Source: the human T2T-CHM13v2.0 reference genome, Homo sapiens. From it: DNA of 64,000 nucleotides. Of this stretch, positions 12,813 through 28,480 are shown piece by piece. Under the pieces are notes generated by a model. That model saw only the letters and a list, made by a program, of their open reading frames with translations, was not told the origin of the DNA and ran no database searches. Location: assembly GCF_009914755.1 (NCBI RefSeq), contig NC_060934.1; one strand, given 5' to 3'. The stretch's first letter is position 1, and the number at the start of each line of letters is the position of its first letter. The position numbers and the translations under genes were made by a program.

Positions 12813-14602
12813 TGACACTGGGCTTTTCATAACAGGGCACTTGGAATTAGAGCCCAGATGTCAGAAGACATGAAACTGTGGGCTTCCATGCTTCTTTAAG
12901 GGACCATGCCTAAAAAAATCCTCCTGGGCCCCAGTGGCCTCTTTCCTTTGCTAAGGATTAGTCTAGAATGTAGGGTTTGGACAAATGGGTCTGGGCAGTG
13001 CTCCTGCTCTGGGCATTGCCTCGGGAACAGTTTCCCAGCTTGGCTTCCACAGGGCTACACAAAGACCACTTTTGTCTTTGTCAGTTACCTGCCTCACTTG
13101 TGGTTCTACTCTCCCTCCCCACGTTCTTGGCTCCTGGGCAGCAGAACCTCACATTCATCACACCTCTGTGGTCTGTCTCAAGTGGGCTGGGTTTTTGGTT
13201 TTGACATTTTTGTTTGTTTGATTGGGAGGTTTTTGGCATATTGAGAAGACAAGTTTTGCCCTTTGGACTCCCCATCATTCCCGATAGCACACTGCTAGGG
13301 AGGCTGGTGACACTGCTCCACAGAGCAGAGAAGCCCTGGCCCCCAAGAATCCATTCGGCCCACGAGGATGGGACTGGGCTCAGGTATGCTGTCTGCCCCA
13401 GGCAGGTAGACAGAGGCTGCCCACCCTGGGCATCAGATTCAGCCGCCTGCAGGAAGCCTCGCCAGCATGCACAGGCCTGCCTTGGGGCTGAGCCCAGGCA
13501 GCTGAGGGAGGCCAGGGGAGAGATGGCTGTTGGCAGAAGGTAAGACCAGCCCACGGAGGAGATGTGGTCCTGTCTGGCCTTCTGGGGGAAGCAGAAAGGA
13601 GACGTCTGTGGGCTTTCACTGGGCTCTCCAAGACCCAGAAACTTGTAAGGATGTTATCGGAAATGATTACGAGCTTGAGCTATGACCAGGTCGTGGAAAG
13701 GGAAGCGTGCAGGAGCAGCAGGCACCTGGGAGTGCATGAGGAGGAGTAGGACTCCTAGCCCAGGCATCTATGTGCTCCCACGCAGCGGCTTGGGCTTAGG
13801 GCTTCTCACCAAAGTGGCAATAAAATAAACTCTTACAATGTGTTGGATTGACTTCAGGTATTGTCCCTGGACTCCTGGCCACATCCCCTAGATCAATACA
13901 TCAGAGTAATCCAGCCGGAGTCATTTAAATATATCAACAGTGGCTTCCTGGAGCCAGTTTCCCCAGTCAAAAGTGATTTTCAAGACGTTTGGGGCAGGTT
14001 GACATTGGAATATGGTTTTACAAGCCAAATTACTCGCTCCTAGAGTCTATGGAAAAGTGTTCCCCTTTAAGTAAACTTCCTTTCTTCGTTTAAGACCCTG
14101 GGGAAAAATAACAATTCAAAAGATTTTTTTCTAAGTTCTTTCTACATTGAAGGTTTTTATTGCCAAAAACCATTTGCTGTGTGCAAAGTACTGTGAAAGG
14201 TGCAGGGTGCCTTACCTAGATGCTATCTGGCAGACTGGTTGCTGCAGGATAAAAAGACTATTTTCCATTTAACTTCAAGAGTTGGTCCAGCCTATGTTGC
14301 AGGAGATAAAGGCTGAAGGACAATAGAACTAGCCAGGGTTGAGGGAGTCAAGATAAAAGCAAAGGGTTTCAGCAGTTTGCCCAGATTCTTGGAAATACTA
14401 AAAGCCCAATCTTCTGACGTAAGTTCAGAATTTCTTTTACATATTCTGCATCTATTATTTTGTTTAAATTTCTCATTATTCGATTTATCCCAAGTTCATA
14501 TCCACCTTAGGCACTCTTCTAGGATTCCTCCCTTTTCTCTGTTCACCCAAGCTTCCTCCATCTTTCTAGGTTCCCTCAACACTCTTAAAAATTAGGAGAC
14601 CT

Positions 14603-14960
<358 letters not shown>

Positions 14961-16086
14961 TCACCCTCTGAGGCTCATCTATAAGATGGGTCCATCAGCT
15001 CTGGCCTTGCAAGGAATTATGAGGCCAAGAAAGAAAAAGGAATATCACAGTGCTCTGGAGACTCTAGTGTGACACAGATGCAAACAACCACATCTACTCC
15101 TTCAGACCCAGGACACAAACGTCTGTACCACTTAATGATGGGCCCAACCACTTACACTGGCATTTACATTCCTTCTTGGGGGAGGATATTTGGTATTTGG
15201 TTTCTCTCTATTATGAGGTTTTATGGGTAAGGAAGAATTATCAGGACACAAAAATATTCACAAATGAGCCACAAAATGGACTACACAATTAGAAAACATA
15301 TATCACTGCATTATCGTTTATATATAATGATGGCATTATTATTCAATTAGAACGGTTCAAATCAGAGCCATAGTCATTGATAAGTGAGAAAATGGTAGAA
15401 TAGGACCAGTTAGCAATTAAAGAAAGGAAGAAATAAGCACCAAGAAGGTTGACACACAGGCTTGCTGGAAACAGAGATGACCACAGCAAAGGATGAGAGG
15501 GTCCCAGGAGGAAGTGAAAATGGCCTCAGATATTTTTGCCAAAATGATCTTCATTACCTATTGCTCTGAAAGTCATACATGAAGGGAAAGATAATGGCCC
15601 TACAAAACAATTCTGTCAGAAAAAAAGGATGCCTCAAATGCCCCAACACTTGATTCATTCTCTGTTCAGACTAAAACATCAGCACACTGTTGCGCTATAA
15701 CCTATATTCTGCTTATTCTGAAATAAACCTGCTTTCGTCATTTTTATTGGTTTTTCACTATGTAAAACAGCAATTCTGGTCTTGATGTTAAGATGTTTTA
15801 CCCTTTCTAGAACCAAATATCCTCAGATAATGAGGATCTGCAAACACCTGCCTCCTCCAGTGCATGGTGTGTCCATCAAGACAAGAGCCCCAATCCAGCT
15901 GTTACTGAAGTCCACAAAACAGGAAGGAAAAAGCCACTGTAATTCAATTCCGGAAACCCCCATGGTTGTACCTTGTAAATATTCAATAAATGATTATTTT
16001 TGATGATCTTTGAAGAATACAATGCTACCATGTACAAGTAAAGATTTTTTTTTTTCAAATTGTTCACTTGTTATAAAGAGGAAATG

Positions 16087-16381
<295 letters not shown>

Positions 16382-17677
16382 GACATGAATTATTTCAGTG
16401 GGAAGAGAATTATGGTCCCCAACTATCACAGACTGGTGCTTTCAGTGGAATAAGCAATTCATGAATTTGGGGGCTGTCTGCCTTTAAAGTCTAGGGTGCA
16501 TGACCATGTGACTTACCATCCCTGCTTCTGAAGCCAGTCCCAGATTTCAGGACCCCGGGGTGATGAGAAGCTAATGTCAGCGGCTCCAATGTACATAACA
16601 TGATAACATATCAGGAAGGAAAAGACAAATTCTATAAGTAAGGTGCAATAAACTGTGAGGCTAGACCTGAACTGAGAACACAGAATGTGTCTGGGAGGAG
16701 AGCTGGGAAGAGAACAGTAGTAATGTTCATTATTTGGAACTTTTCAGAATGGTGTCAAACTTCTTCTCAAGTTAATCATTTTAAGATGCTTCAAGGCACT
16801 TGCAGCGTAACAAACAACTCCACACACCATCCATCACTGCCAGGAGTACTCCTGGTACTCATCATTCTTCTCCCACCTGTGAAATAAGAACGAGAATGAC
16901 GCTGCTGCAAAGGGAGGGTGAGAATCAGCTTTGCCAGGCCCTTGCAGCTGTGGGTTGCAGCAGGTGGCACTTTGGAAGGTTAGTGTGATGTTAACCTTCA
17001 TAGGTGCCATGTTGGCCAGCCACTGGGGTCATGCCCCAACACCACTCCCCACCCCTGCCCTCATTTTTGCCAGCTTATGGCCAGGGTGAGGAAGGGGAAT
17101 AGTAATCCAAGGTGCCAAGGTGACCTTCAAAAATACAGTCAAGGCTGACTGCCTGATCTGGACCTGTCATTCATTTTCATTTGCTCATTCCCCCCTCACC
17201 TCTTCTTTCAAGAGAAAACTATATCCATTTTCAAGAACTCTTAATAAATGATGATTTGAGAATAAAGGACTAGAAAGAACGGAGTCATGTGATACACTTT
17301 AATTAAAAAACAAGTCATTGCCTCATCAAGGTTTTGCCTTTTACTACCAGCTGCCATGGTGTTTAAGTACATATAAATTAGAGCTCAAGCTGAAGATTCC
17401 AAGCCTTTAAAAGAAAAAAAGCAGCATGCAAGCCAAATATTTCTTTATCTTGACACAGAACTCTATTGAATCAGTTTCTACACAGCAAGTGCTGGAAGAG
17501 AGGAGAAAGATTATTGAATTCAATCAATTTCCATAAGGAGTCTGGTGTTGGGAGACAGGGCATCATCTGCCCAAGTTAAATCTACAAATCTGGCTTTCAA
17601 ACAAGAAAATGACACATCTATTCATCTAATTTTGATTGAATGGACTGCCAAAAATATGCCCTACAAAAATGAGTAGA

Positions 17678-17711
17678 GGCGAGGCATGGTGGTTCATGTC
17701 TGTAATCCCAG
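17678..17711 (+). mobile_element. Alu arm-start fragment (34 bp)
   Basis: ggcgaggcatggtggttcatgtctgtaatcccag, then abrupt loss of homology. Confidence 0.75.
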
Positions 17712-18193
17712 AGATATATATATCTCTGAAACTCAGAGACAGTGTCACTCTGGATGGTAGCAGTCATTCATATAGGAACAACATGTGGGAGGGGGTGAGA
17801 TCAGGCAGGAAAAGAAAGAAAATGAGAAGAGATGAACATCAAGAATGGAATACCAAAATTAAAGGAAGAAAAGAAGGCAGAATGGAGATGTGAGACTGAT
17901 AAAATTGGAAGTTGAAAGAAGTAGAGGTTTTGGTAAAATAAAAGAACAAGAATTATGAGAATAGGACTGTAAGATCTAGATAGTTAAGGACATGATCAGA
18001 AGGTCAGATAAATGAGTTTAAGTCAACAGGGTAACCAAGGCATGGAGAGACGGGCTTCAGCCCTATAATCTCCATCATTTCCCTCACCAAATCAACAATT
18101 AACATACATAAAAATTAGTATTTATTGATATATACACAAACTATACTTTTGGTTTAAAAAATTATCATATTTGCATTTGCTATGTGAATACTA

Positions 18194-18419
18194 CAGGTTG
18201 ACTATCCCTTATCTGAAATGCCTGGCACCAAAAGTGTTTTGGGTTTTGGGTTTTTTCAGATTTTAGAATATTGCATTCTGCTTAGCAATTGAGCATCCCA
18301 AATCCAAAAACTCAAAATCCGAAATGCTCCAATGAGCATTTATTTTAACCATGATGTTGGTGCTCAAAAAGTTTCAGTTTGGAGCATTTTGGATTTTCAG
18401 ATTCAGGATTCTCGACCTG
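18194..18419 (+). mobile_element. Tigger4a (MER46A) MITE
   Basis: TIRs caggttgactatccc...ttctcgacctg; TA target duplication; internal aaatcc/ggattt repeats. Confidence 0.88.
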
Positions 18420-19349
18420 TATCTTAAAATAAATCCCTTACAACCAGATAAGAGCTTAGGGTTATCTTTTCCTACATATAAAAATGTTGTGGTTCTCCTG
18501 AGTTGAACGTTTCCATGGGAGTAGTGGTCAAAGCAAAGATGAGGTCCTTGGCAAAGGGTTCTTGAAGTGAAGGAGAGAAAAGGTCCCTAGAGAGGAGTCA
18601 AGAGCCTCTGGACCAAGGGGTCTGATGGCCGTTCACTTAGGCATGCGAAGGTTCCAGAGACATGGAAGCCCCACTTGGGAGAAGGAAACCAGGAGCTAAA
18701 GGTCCAAGAAAGTAAGAAGAGAGCCTGGGATTTCTAGGAATAGCAGACATCAAAGAAATGCAATTCTTTTGCAATTCTATGCAGTGACATACTGATGAGG
18801 AAGAAAAGGCAAAGAAATCAAGGGAGAGGAAGGAAAGGGAAGAGGAGGAGATAAAACAGAGAGGAGAAAAGGCAGGGGGAGAAGAAGACGAGAAGGCAAT
18901 GATAAAAAAAAAGCGACAGGGAAATCTGCTGCGATACTGAAATCTGCTGACCAGTCCCCAAGGGTCTCAGAGGTTCTGCCTCCAGCTTTCAGGTTTCAGT
19001 TTATCCCCAGGGCAGCTGAAGACCCCAAAGATGGGCTAGTCCAGCTTCCAGCAAGGAGTCTGCTTTCGTGACCCACAGGCCAAGGGGCTCCTGACCTCAG
19101 GCCGTGGACTTCCGTGGTTGACGGCATGGACCATGAATGACTGTGTATCCTGTGGACCACTCCAGCATTGCCCTTCCAGGGGCCTCATTGGCTGGGAGAA
19201 AGAAGATCCTCCATAGCCTGAGCCACCGTAGGACTGAGCTTCCTGCTTCCTTCTCTACTTCTAACTCCTCAGCTCTAGAGCTACACCTCTGTAGCTTTTC
19301 TTCATCTCAAAATCACTTGTGATGGGGAAACAGGTCCTGTCTCCACAAG

Positions 19350-20470
19350 GAGATCACATAAACACCTTGAGAACAAGACTTAGTCTTTGTCATTCCTGTA
19401 TCCCACCCTGTTATCACACCCACAACATAACACGGCATGGAGCTAGCTCCCAGTGAAGGCCAAATGGGTTGTTTCAAAGAGGAAAAGGAAGAAGACATCT
19501 CTTGGCTAGCATGAAGAGAACATTTAGAGCAATCCTGATAATTCAACAAATCTGTTATAATTCGAAGACATTTGTGAAAATGGCAAAGAAAGGTACTAAC
19601 TCCAAGGCAGAATTTCCACTCCCACTTTAAGTTCTCCGACTGCTTCCCATTGCACTTAAATAAATCCAGCCCCCCACCAAAATAAAATAAATAAAATAAA
19701 AATAAATCCAGCCCCCTTAACATAATCTGCCAGGCCCTTGTCCCAACTCTCCATCATCACCTTATCCCACAGTCCCCCTTTCTGGCTGAGCTGTAGCCAC
19801 GGGCCTTCTTTCTGTTGCTTGTTTCTGCCTTTAGGACTTGTCCGGTCTCTTCTACCTGAAATATTCTTCCCTCGACCTTTGCATGGCGGACTCCTGCTCA
19901 TCATTCAGGTCTCAGTGCAAATACCACCTCCACCAGGGGCCTTCCCAGAGCTGCCTACCTGGACATACACCTGTCACTCTCTGTCCCATGTCACAGCTGT
20001 CACTCTTGCCTCCATGACCCTGTTGTATAGTCTCCATAGCCCTCATCACTATCCAAAAGGTTTAAGTGAATGATTTTTTATTTATTCTTTTTTGTTGTCG
20101 TTTTTAGAGAGAGGGTCTCACTCAGCCCAGGCTGTGCAATGGCGCAATGATAGCTCACTGCAGCCTCAAACTCCTGGACTCAAGGGATCCTCCTGCCTCC
20201 GCCTCTTGAATAGCTGAAAGTACCCGTGTGCACCACCACGGCTGGGCAATTTTTTAAAAAAATAGTTTTAGACAGGGTCTCCTTATGTTGTCCAGGTTGG
20301 TCTCAAACTCCTGGCCTCAAGCAATCCTCCCACCTCAGCTTTTCATCACCCTTGGATGAGCTTTGGGAGACTGTGCCAGTAATAGTGATTCATTGTCCAG
20401 TCTCTTCCTTGAATAGCCTGGCAGACATGAAACAGTGATGTATTTTGCGAGTGGATGAATGTGTGGTTAA
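19350..20470 (+). mobile_element. L2 fragments, split by an AluJ and a poly(A) insertion
   Basis: ctcatcattcaggtctcagtgcaaataccacctcc and L2-like 3' ends near 19440 and 20460. Confidence 0.65.
20073..20340 (-). mobile_element. AluJ (Jo-like), 5'-truncated
   Basis: atagctcactgcagcctcaaactcctgg...ctcctggcctcaagcaatcctccc. Confidence 0.88.
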
Positions 20471-20599
20471 ATGAACGATGGCTGATATAGTCACACACAT
20501 AGAAATCTCAAAGCTCAAAGAGAGATGAGAAGTGAAGGTCGGGACCCTTGGCCCCCAGCTAGCAAGGTGTCCTTCCCAGCTGGGCTAGGAAGACCCTGA

Positions 20600-20997
<398 letters not shown>

Positions 20998-21379
20998 AGG
21001 AAATTTCCAGATGGACAATTCCAAGGTCTATTCTCGGGCCTTATTCTGGTTCATCTTTCTGCAGGACTTTGTGACTGCAAAGTGCCTTTCTGAAACTCTC
21101 TTCACACTGCTTTGAGGGCACTGTTCTGCACTAATTCTTATTCTGCCTCCATCCTGAGTCTTGATTCCTCTTATTCCTTGCCTAGAAGTCCTTGCTTCGA
21201 CAGGCCCTGACCTCGATCTTCTCTACGTACAGCTCTGAAGTGCCTGAAAGGTGTCCCTCGCCTGTGTCTGAAGCTGCCACTTCCCTACAAAAGCTCCTTC
21301 AGCTTGGGAAAATTCCCCAGGCTTTAGCCCCCTCCTTGTCTACCTTGAGGCTCCTTGTCTCTGCTTTTTGTCTCATTAG

Positions 21380-21985
21380 ACTTCAGGGGCCGAAGGAGTA
21401 AACTTCAAACTCCTTACCTTGCTGATGAAACTCTTCTTATTCTGACATCCCCACCTGCATCATACCTGCTCTGGCCAGTTCCCTCAGCTTCACTAAATTC
21501 ACCCTCCCTTCCAGCCCCTCTGCAATTCTCTCTATTCTCTGAACTTGCCTTGTTCTCTCACAGGGCCACCATATATAGACTATCATGTGAATCGCCTGCC
21601 ACATACATACACATACCTAAACTTGTGCAGTGCACAACCTACATGGCCATGCATAGCACACCTGCCCTTTAGCGATGTCTTGCCTTTGTACATTCTTCCC
21701 TTTACCTGATATGTCTTCCGTTCTCCTCTTTGTCCCATCTCTAAAACCCTCTCCCACTGCCTCCAGATCAAGTTATTTGCTTCCCTTTCCAGGCCCCCTC
21801 AGCTGTCTGAACAACCTCAATCATCGCACATTCTACTCTAATGATCTACTTACATGTCTGTCCCACCCATTAGTCTGGGAGCAGAGGCACATCCCATTTA
21901 CTTTGTTTTTAAATTCCAAGTGCCCACCGAGCACAATACCTGACACAGAAACAACACTCATAAAATGTCTGTAGAATTAAACGAA
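21380..21985 (+). mobile_element. L2 3' region
   Basis: Pyrimidine-rich L2 3' body ending agcacaatacctgacacag...cataaaatgtctgtagaattaaacgaa. Confidence 0.6.
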
Positions 21986-22149
21986 CCATCTTTCTAAGTA
22001 GAGTTTAGAACAAGCTTGGGCAAATGCCCTCTCATTATCATATCCAGAGAATAATTATCCCCAATCAAGTGTTTTTTATATAAATAAAGGTCTTTAAGGC
22101 AGACGCTATCACCTACACACTTTGGAAGATTCTAGAAGTTTCTCACACT

Positions 22150-22460
22150 TATTTATTTATTCCACAAATACTTACAGAGCACCTACTGTGCCCCAGGTGC
22201 TGTGTTAGAGCTGAGAAACAGCAGAGGACACAGGCACGGCCAGCCTTGTTGAGTTTCTGTTCTGGAGAAGGCTGGTGAAGGAGTTACACATGAAGCAAAG
22301 AGACCAAAAATCTTCTCAGATATAAGAGGGGAACAGGTACCAACGAGAAAAAAATTCAGTCAGACAGGGGGACTGGAGCATGCCAAGACATTGGTTAGGG
22401 GAGGGAGGGAGTTTGCCATTTTAGACACAATGGCCAGGGAAGGCTTCCAAGACCAGAACA
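22150..22460 (-). mobile_element. L2 3' end
   Basis: atttattccacaaatacttacagagcacctactgtgccccaggtgctgtg. Confidence 0.7.
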
Positions 22461-22860
22461 CCAATGAGGCAAATATGGGATGAAATGTATTATTTTAAAA
22501 CTATTTCTGAGCACTGTATATGTGCTTGGCATTGCCAAATATTTTCTCTGCTCCCATGAAATAGCTTTTATTTCACCCATAATGCCACACCCTGAGGTGT
22601 CAGACAGGCAACCATCGTGTGACCCCAGAGGATGCTAAGGAAGCCAACCAGGGGGAGGGAGGGCTGTAAGGCAGCCCCGGCTCTAGGCCTCAGTCTCCTG
22701 GTTTCTTATGGGAAGAAAGAGGACAGGACCCCTGGGACTGACAGATCCCACTTGTTTTATGTTTTGAAACATTTTACTGGGGCAGGCGGGGAGAGGTGGA
22801 GCAGTGACGGCCCTTTGGGCACTCTGAGGTTGTGTCCTTGTTTGTGAAATAAAGATTTCA

Positions 22861-23224
<364 letters not shown>

Positions 23225-24458
23225 TTAAAAAATAAGACCCAATGTGGTCTCCTCTTTCACAAGACACAGGGGTTTCTTGTCCCCCTGCTGGCCTCCACAC
23301 TTTTTGCCAGTTCAGTCCTCACATTTCCATTGCTCTTACACCTTAACTGGTGCCTTCCCTTCTATCGCCCCATTTAGTCCTCATACCACCCCAGGGAAGC
23401 AGGTCAATTCTAGAGATGAAAAAGCTGAGTCCAGACAAGGGGAATACGGAGGTTATTGGCTAACCTGTGACCAAGCAGAAATTCAGTTCTAGGTGTTTCA
23501 ATTCTCCTTTCCCTCCATAACTGCCTTTTCTGCTTGAATCACCCTGTCCCATGCAAGCATGAAGATATGCATGGGGTTTCGTGGTGCCACAGAGTTTGGG
23601 TCTGTAAATAAAGTGATAAAAACAATGCTTCCCAATTACCTTTGATAATGCTACTCTCATCAATGAGTTTGATTAAGCTAATCCTATATTTGGATTCCAC
23701 CTGACATCCAGGCTTAATTTGTCAGTTTGGACAAAAGGGCATTTTCAAGGCTTAAAGACTTGTCTAACACAAAGCTTAGCGCTAGTGAGTTCAAAAAATG
23801 TTTTCCGAATTCCAGCTTTTTTGAATCTGATAAAACTCTAATTGAGGCAGTAATTTGGGCAGATAGGAGGCTGGCTTCTTCCCCTAAGTGATTCTGGGGC
23901 TAAGTGCTAGGGAATGATGCAAATGTGGTGAGTGGTTAATAATTAAAGGATTTAATTAACCCTCATCTGGGAACATGTCTAGTAGCTCAGTGTGTGCCCT
24001 GGCAGCTCCTAGCAAGCTGGGTGGCTGCAGGGGGAGAGGCAAGCATCAGAGGCAGAGGAACTGGTTCTTTGGGGGAAGATTTCTAGTCCATATGTAAAAA
24101 GAGACACATTTTAACTATTGATAATACATGTCTGGGGCCAGGGTTTCAAAGAAGATGGTAAAGACAGGGGTGTTTAATTGTTTAACATCCAGTTACTCAT
24201 CGTTAGGAACCCAGCCTCTACCGTCTGTGTTCACAAATAGAGGACAAGAACAACCTCTCATTCATCTCTCTGTTTCTAGACCTTAACACAGTGTAGATGT
24301 TCAACGGATGCTCGAGACTGAAGTAGAAAAGGAATAAGTAAATGCTAAAAAGCAATTCAAAAAAACAACTCAATTATCATGTAATGCTGAGCCAAAAAAC
24401 AAAACTTACTTGGGATACAAAATCTGTACCCAGTGTGATCCAGCTATATAAACAAACA

Positions 24459-24938
24459 CAGTTGACCCCTGAACAACATAGGGGTTAGAGGTGCCGACCC
24501 CCATGCAGTCAAACATCTGTGTATGACTTTTGACTCCCCCAAAACTTAACTACTAATAGCCTACTGTTGAATGGAAGCTTACTGATAACATAGTCAATTA
24601 ATATGTTTTGTATATGTATTATATACTGTATTCTTACAACAAATAAGCTACAGAAAATAAAATGTTATTAGAAAATCATAAGGAAGAGAAAATAAATTTA
24701 CTATTCACTAAGCAGAAGTGGGTCATCATAAAGGTCTTCATCCTTGTGTCTTCACATCATATAGGCTGAGAAGGAGGAAGAAGAGGAGAGGTTGGTCTTT
24801 GCTGTCTCAGAGGTGGATGAGGGGGAGGTGGGGGGGCAGGCAGAAAAGGCAGGCATGCTTGGTATAACTTTTATTGAAAAAAATCCATATGTAAGTAGAC
24901 CAGCACAGTTCAAACCTGTGTTGTTCAAGGGTCAACCA
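24459..24938 (+). mobile_element. Tigger2a (MER28) MITE, probably nested in an old L1ME 3' fragment (~24370-25070)
   Basis: TIRs cagttgacccctgaacaac...gttgttcaagggtcaacca; internal gactcccccaaaacttaactactaatagcc. Confidence 0.88.
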
Positions 24939-25097
24939 TATATGGAGAAAGAGCTTGAAAGAAACATTAGTAGTGGTTATTTCTAGTGGTTGAGATAACT
25001 GTGTGTTTTTTTCTTTCCTGCTGCTTAATTTTCTTTACTTTACAACTTTTTAATATTTATGTAGCGGTATAAATATTAAATAGTATATTTAAGATAG

Positions 25098-25135
25098 ATA
25101 TATATATATATATATACACACACATACACACACAC
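25098..25135. repeat. (TA)n(CA)n compound microsatellite
   Basis: atatatatatatatatatacacacacatacacacacac. Confidence 0.85.
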
Positions 25136-25244
25136 TACTCTTAAAACCCATAGAAATAGAGTTGATGTATATCAAAGAGAAAGCAAGTACTGCTATTTTT
25201 GATGAGACATCAATTACAAAGATGGACAAGATCTTAGGGATGAT

Positions 25245-25535
25245 CCACTCATTTCTTTTATTCATTGATTCATTCAGTCAGTCAGTCAACAAACAGCTGA
25301 GCACCTATACCTACTATGCCTGGCACTGTGTTAGGTGTGATCCCTGTGCATATTTTATGCCATACTCTTGGAAACTTTTGCATTCATTTAATTCCTGTAA
25401 CCATCCCTATGTGGTAGGTACTATCACCATCCCAATTAACAAATGAGGAATCTGTCCAAGGTCACACAACTACAAAGCAGGATCCTAACCAAGGTAACTA
25501 ACCCTAGAGCTGGACCTCTTAACTGTGCTGCCACT
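25245..25535 (-). mobile_element. L2 3' end followed by MIR
   Basis: cattcagtcagtcagtcaacaaacagctgagcacc (L2); accatccctatgtggtaggtactatc...ccaaggtcacacaac (MIR). Confidence 0.7.
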
Positions 25536-25629
25536 TGAGTCTCCTGGAGGCCAAGGCAGGCAGGCCCCTCCGACTGCAACCACCCTGGGCTCCAACACTC
25601 TGTCCCCATTCATCTTTCCCTTCCAGCTT

Positions 25630-25970
25630 TGTCTTGTCCTCAGAACCACACAAACTTAGGGGACTCATCATCCCTTGCGTGACCATGTGTTCTCCTCTGG
25701 CCCTCTGGGTTCCAGACTAAATATTTCTGGGTCCGTCAATGATCATTCATAGTTTCCCAAAATCCTACTACTCTTCTCTAGGCTGCTCTACTTTATCAAT
25801 GTCCTTAGAGTTTGGCTCCATAGCAGAGCCCCTCACTGTGGTTTGTGCATGCAACTGACCACACCCTGTGCTGATGTGTGGTCTGACCAGCACAAAAGGG
25901 TCACCTCTCTTGAGCCAGACACTGGATTTCTATGATTGCATCTCAAAAGCATGCTCACTTTGGCTTTTAT
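25630..25970 (-). mobile_element. L3/CR1 relic
   Basis: gtggtctgaccagcacaaaagggtcacctctcttgagccagacactggatttcta resembles antisense CR1/L3 ORF2. Confidence 0.45.
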
Positions 25971-26398
25971 ACACATTATATTTAAACAGTGAACTTGAAT
26001 TCTTTAGTACATAGCATACATAGATCAAGTCTTTTGTGATAACAAATGCTAAACTAGAGAAGCAAGAAATGCCCAAATTCCAGAAGCCTGTATTCTAAAA
26101 ATTCATTTGTAGGCCAGTTATTTGAAATCAAAAGTTTAATGGAAACATAACAATAAATGATGCTGCTCATGGGTCTAATCAAACCTACTGTAGCCCTCCC
26201 ATAATTGAAATGCATTTTGTTTGAAATAATATATAAAACATTAGCAAGGACTCATAGTTTTAAGCAACTAAAAGCCATTTAAACACAAAGAATACTCAAC
26301 ACTGTCTTACCAAATGTAGAGTCATTTCCTGGCATGGTCTTATACTGTTAATTATCAGAGCAAAAATACTGAATAAAATATGATTTTAAAAGCAAGTC

Positions 26399-26660
<262 letters not shown>

Positions 26661-26959
26661 TTACAGATTCTAGGTACAGAGCCTGGGAGGATTCTGGGAA
26701 GGTTTGAGAGCAGGGGAGACCCATGATGCTAGTGAGTTGGATCTAAAGCAACTTCTAAACATGCCCCTGCTCTTTTTCCTCAGGCAGCAGGTGGTTACAT
26801 TACTCTTGATTGGAACTCCTCTCTTTTGCCTTCTCAGAATGTCTTGTTTTTGTTTCCAGAATCTCTGTGAGTTGAGAGTCAAGAATGAGATTTTACCTGG
26901 GGCATGAATGTCTGGAAGCCTTAGACTCCGCTGAATTGAGGGACCCCCCCCCAAAAAAA

Positions 26960-27415
26960 AAAGTTGTCAGCACTCTTTCTTCATTCCTGGACTCTGCTTT
27001 CTCTGGAATGCTTTCATTTCAGGCAGGCTCTTGACTCTTGGAGACAAAGAGACCTCCAGTATCCCTGGGCTTATATTCCAGCACCTTAATCATCCCAGCC
27101 AAAAAAGGGCTCCTCTTTCCCGCAGTTACCATACAACTTCCAGATGTGACTCTCATTGGACAAATCTGAGCCATGTGCTCATCTCTCAGCCAATCCCTAG
27201 GACCAGTGGATGGGAAACAAGCCCAGGTCTCTTGACCACCCCTGAAGCAGGTGGAAGGGGTGAGTAGGAAGGGAGCAAAACAGCAGAGACCCGATCCAAA
27301 CTACCGACAGATGGATATGGAATGGGAGAGGGATGGCCCCCAAAGTGCAGGGAGCTGCTATAACTTGTAGAGGGTGAGTGGATAATGGATGAACAAAAAC
27401 ACCAAACATCTGCCA
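26960..27415 (-). mobile_element. MLT1 (J/K/L-type) MaLR LTR
   Basis: gactctcattggacaaatctgagccatgtgctcatctctcagccaatccct resembles old MLT1 LTRs. Confidence 0.55.
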
Positions 27416-27754
27416 TAGGGATGAAAGGAACTTACCTTTACTGAAGACCTACTATGTGACCAGTGTGGTGCTCTACAATGCATTGGTCATCCTCTAAGAA
27501 GAAAAGAATGATCCCTGAGACCCTACCCTATGGGTAACACTTAACAAATCAGCCCACAGCTAAGAGATAAGTGAAAACCAAGGCAAGTAGATACAGACCT
27601 CCCAGGGGCAGGATTAAGAAGGAAAAGAGGCAAGGAGAGTTTTCAGGAGAGACCACAGCGCTGGAGGCAGGAAAGTAAGATGTAAAAGAGATGCTCCTAG
27701 ACCTGTCAATCAAGCTTGCCTGAACTCGTCACACTAAGAAGAGTAATGGCATAA

Positions 27755-28480
<726 letters not shown>

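Noticed and set aside
12906-13749. Overlapping 75-157-aa ORFs and a donor AAG/GTAAGA near 13540
   Set aside because: GC-richer stretch open in several frames on both strands, with no recognisable homology and no convincing exon chain.
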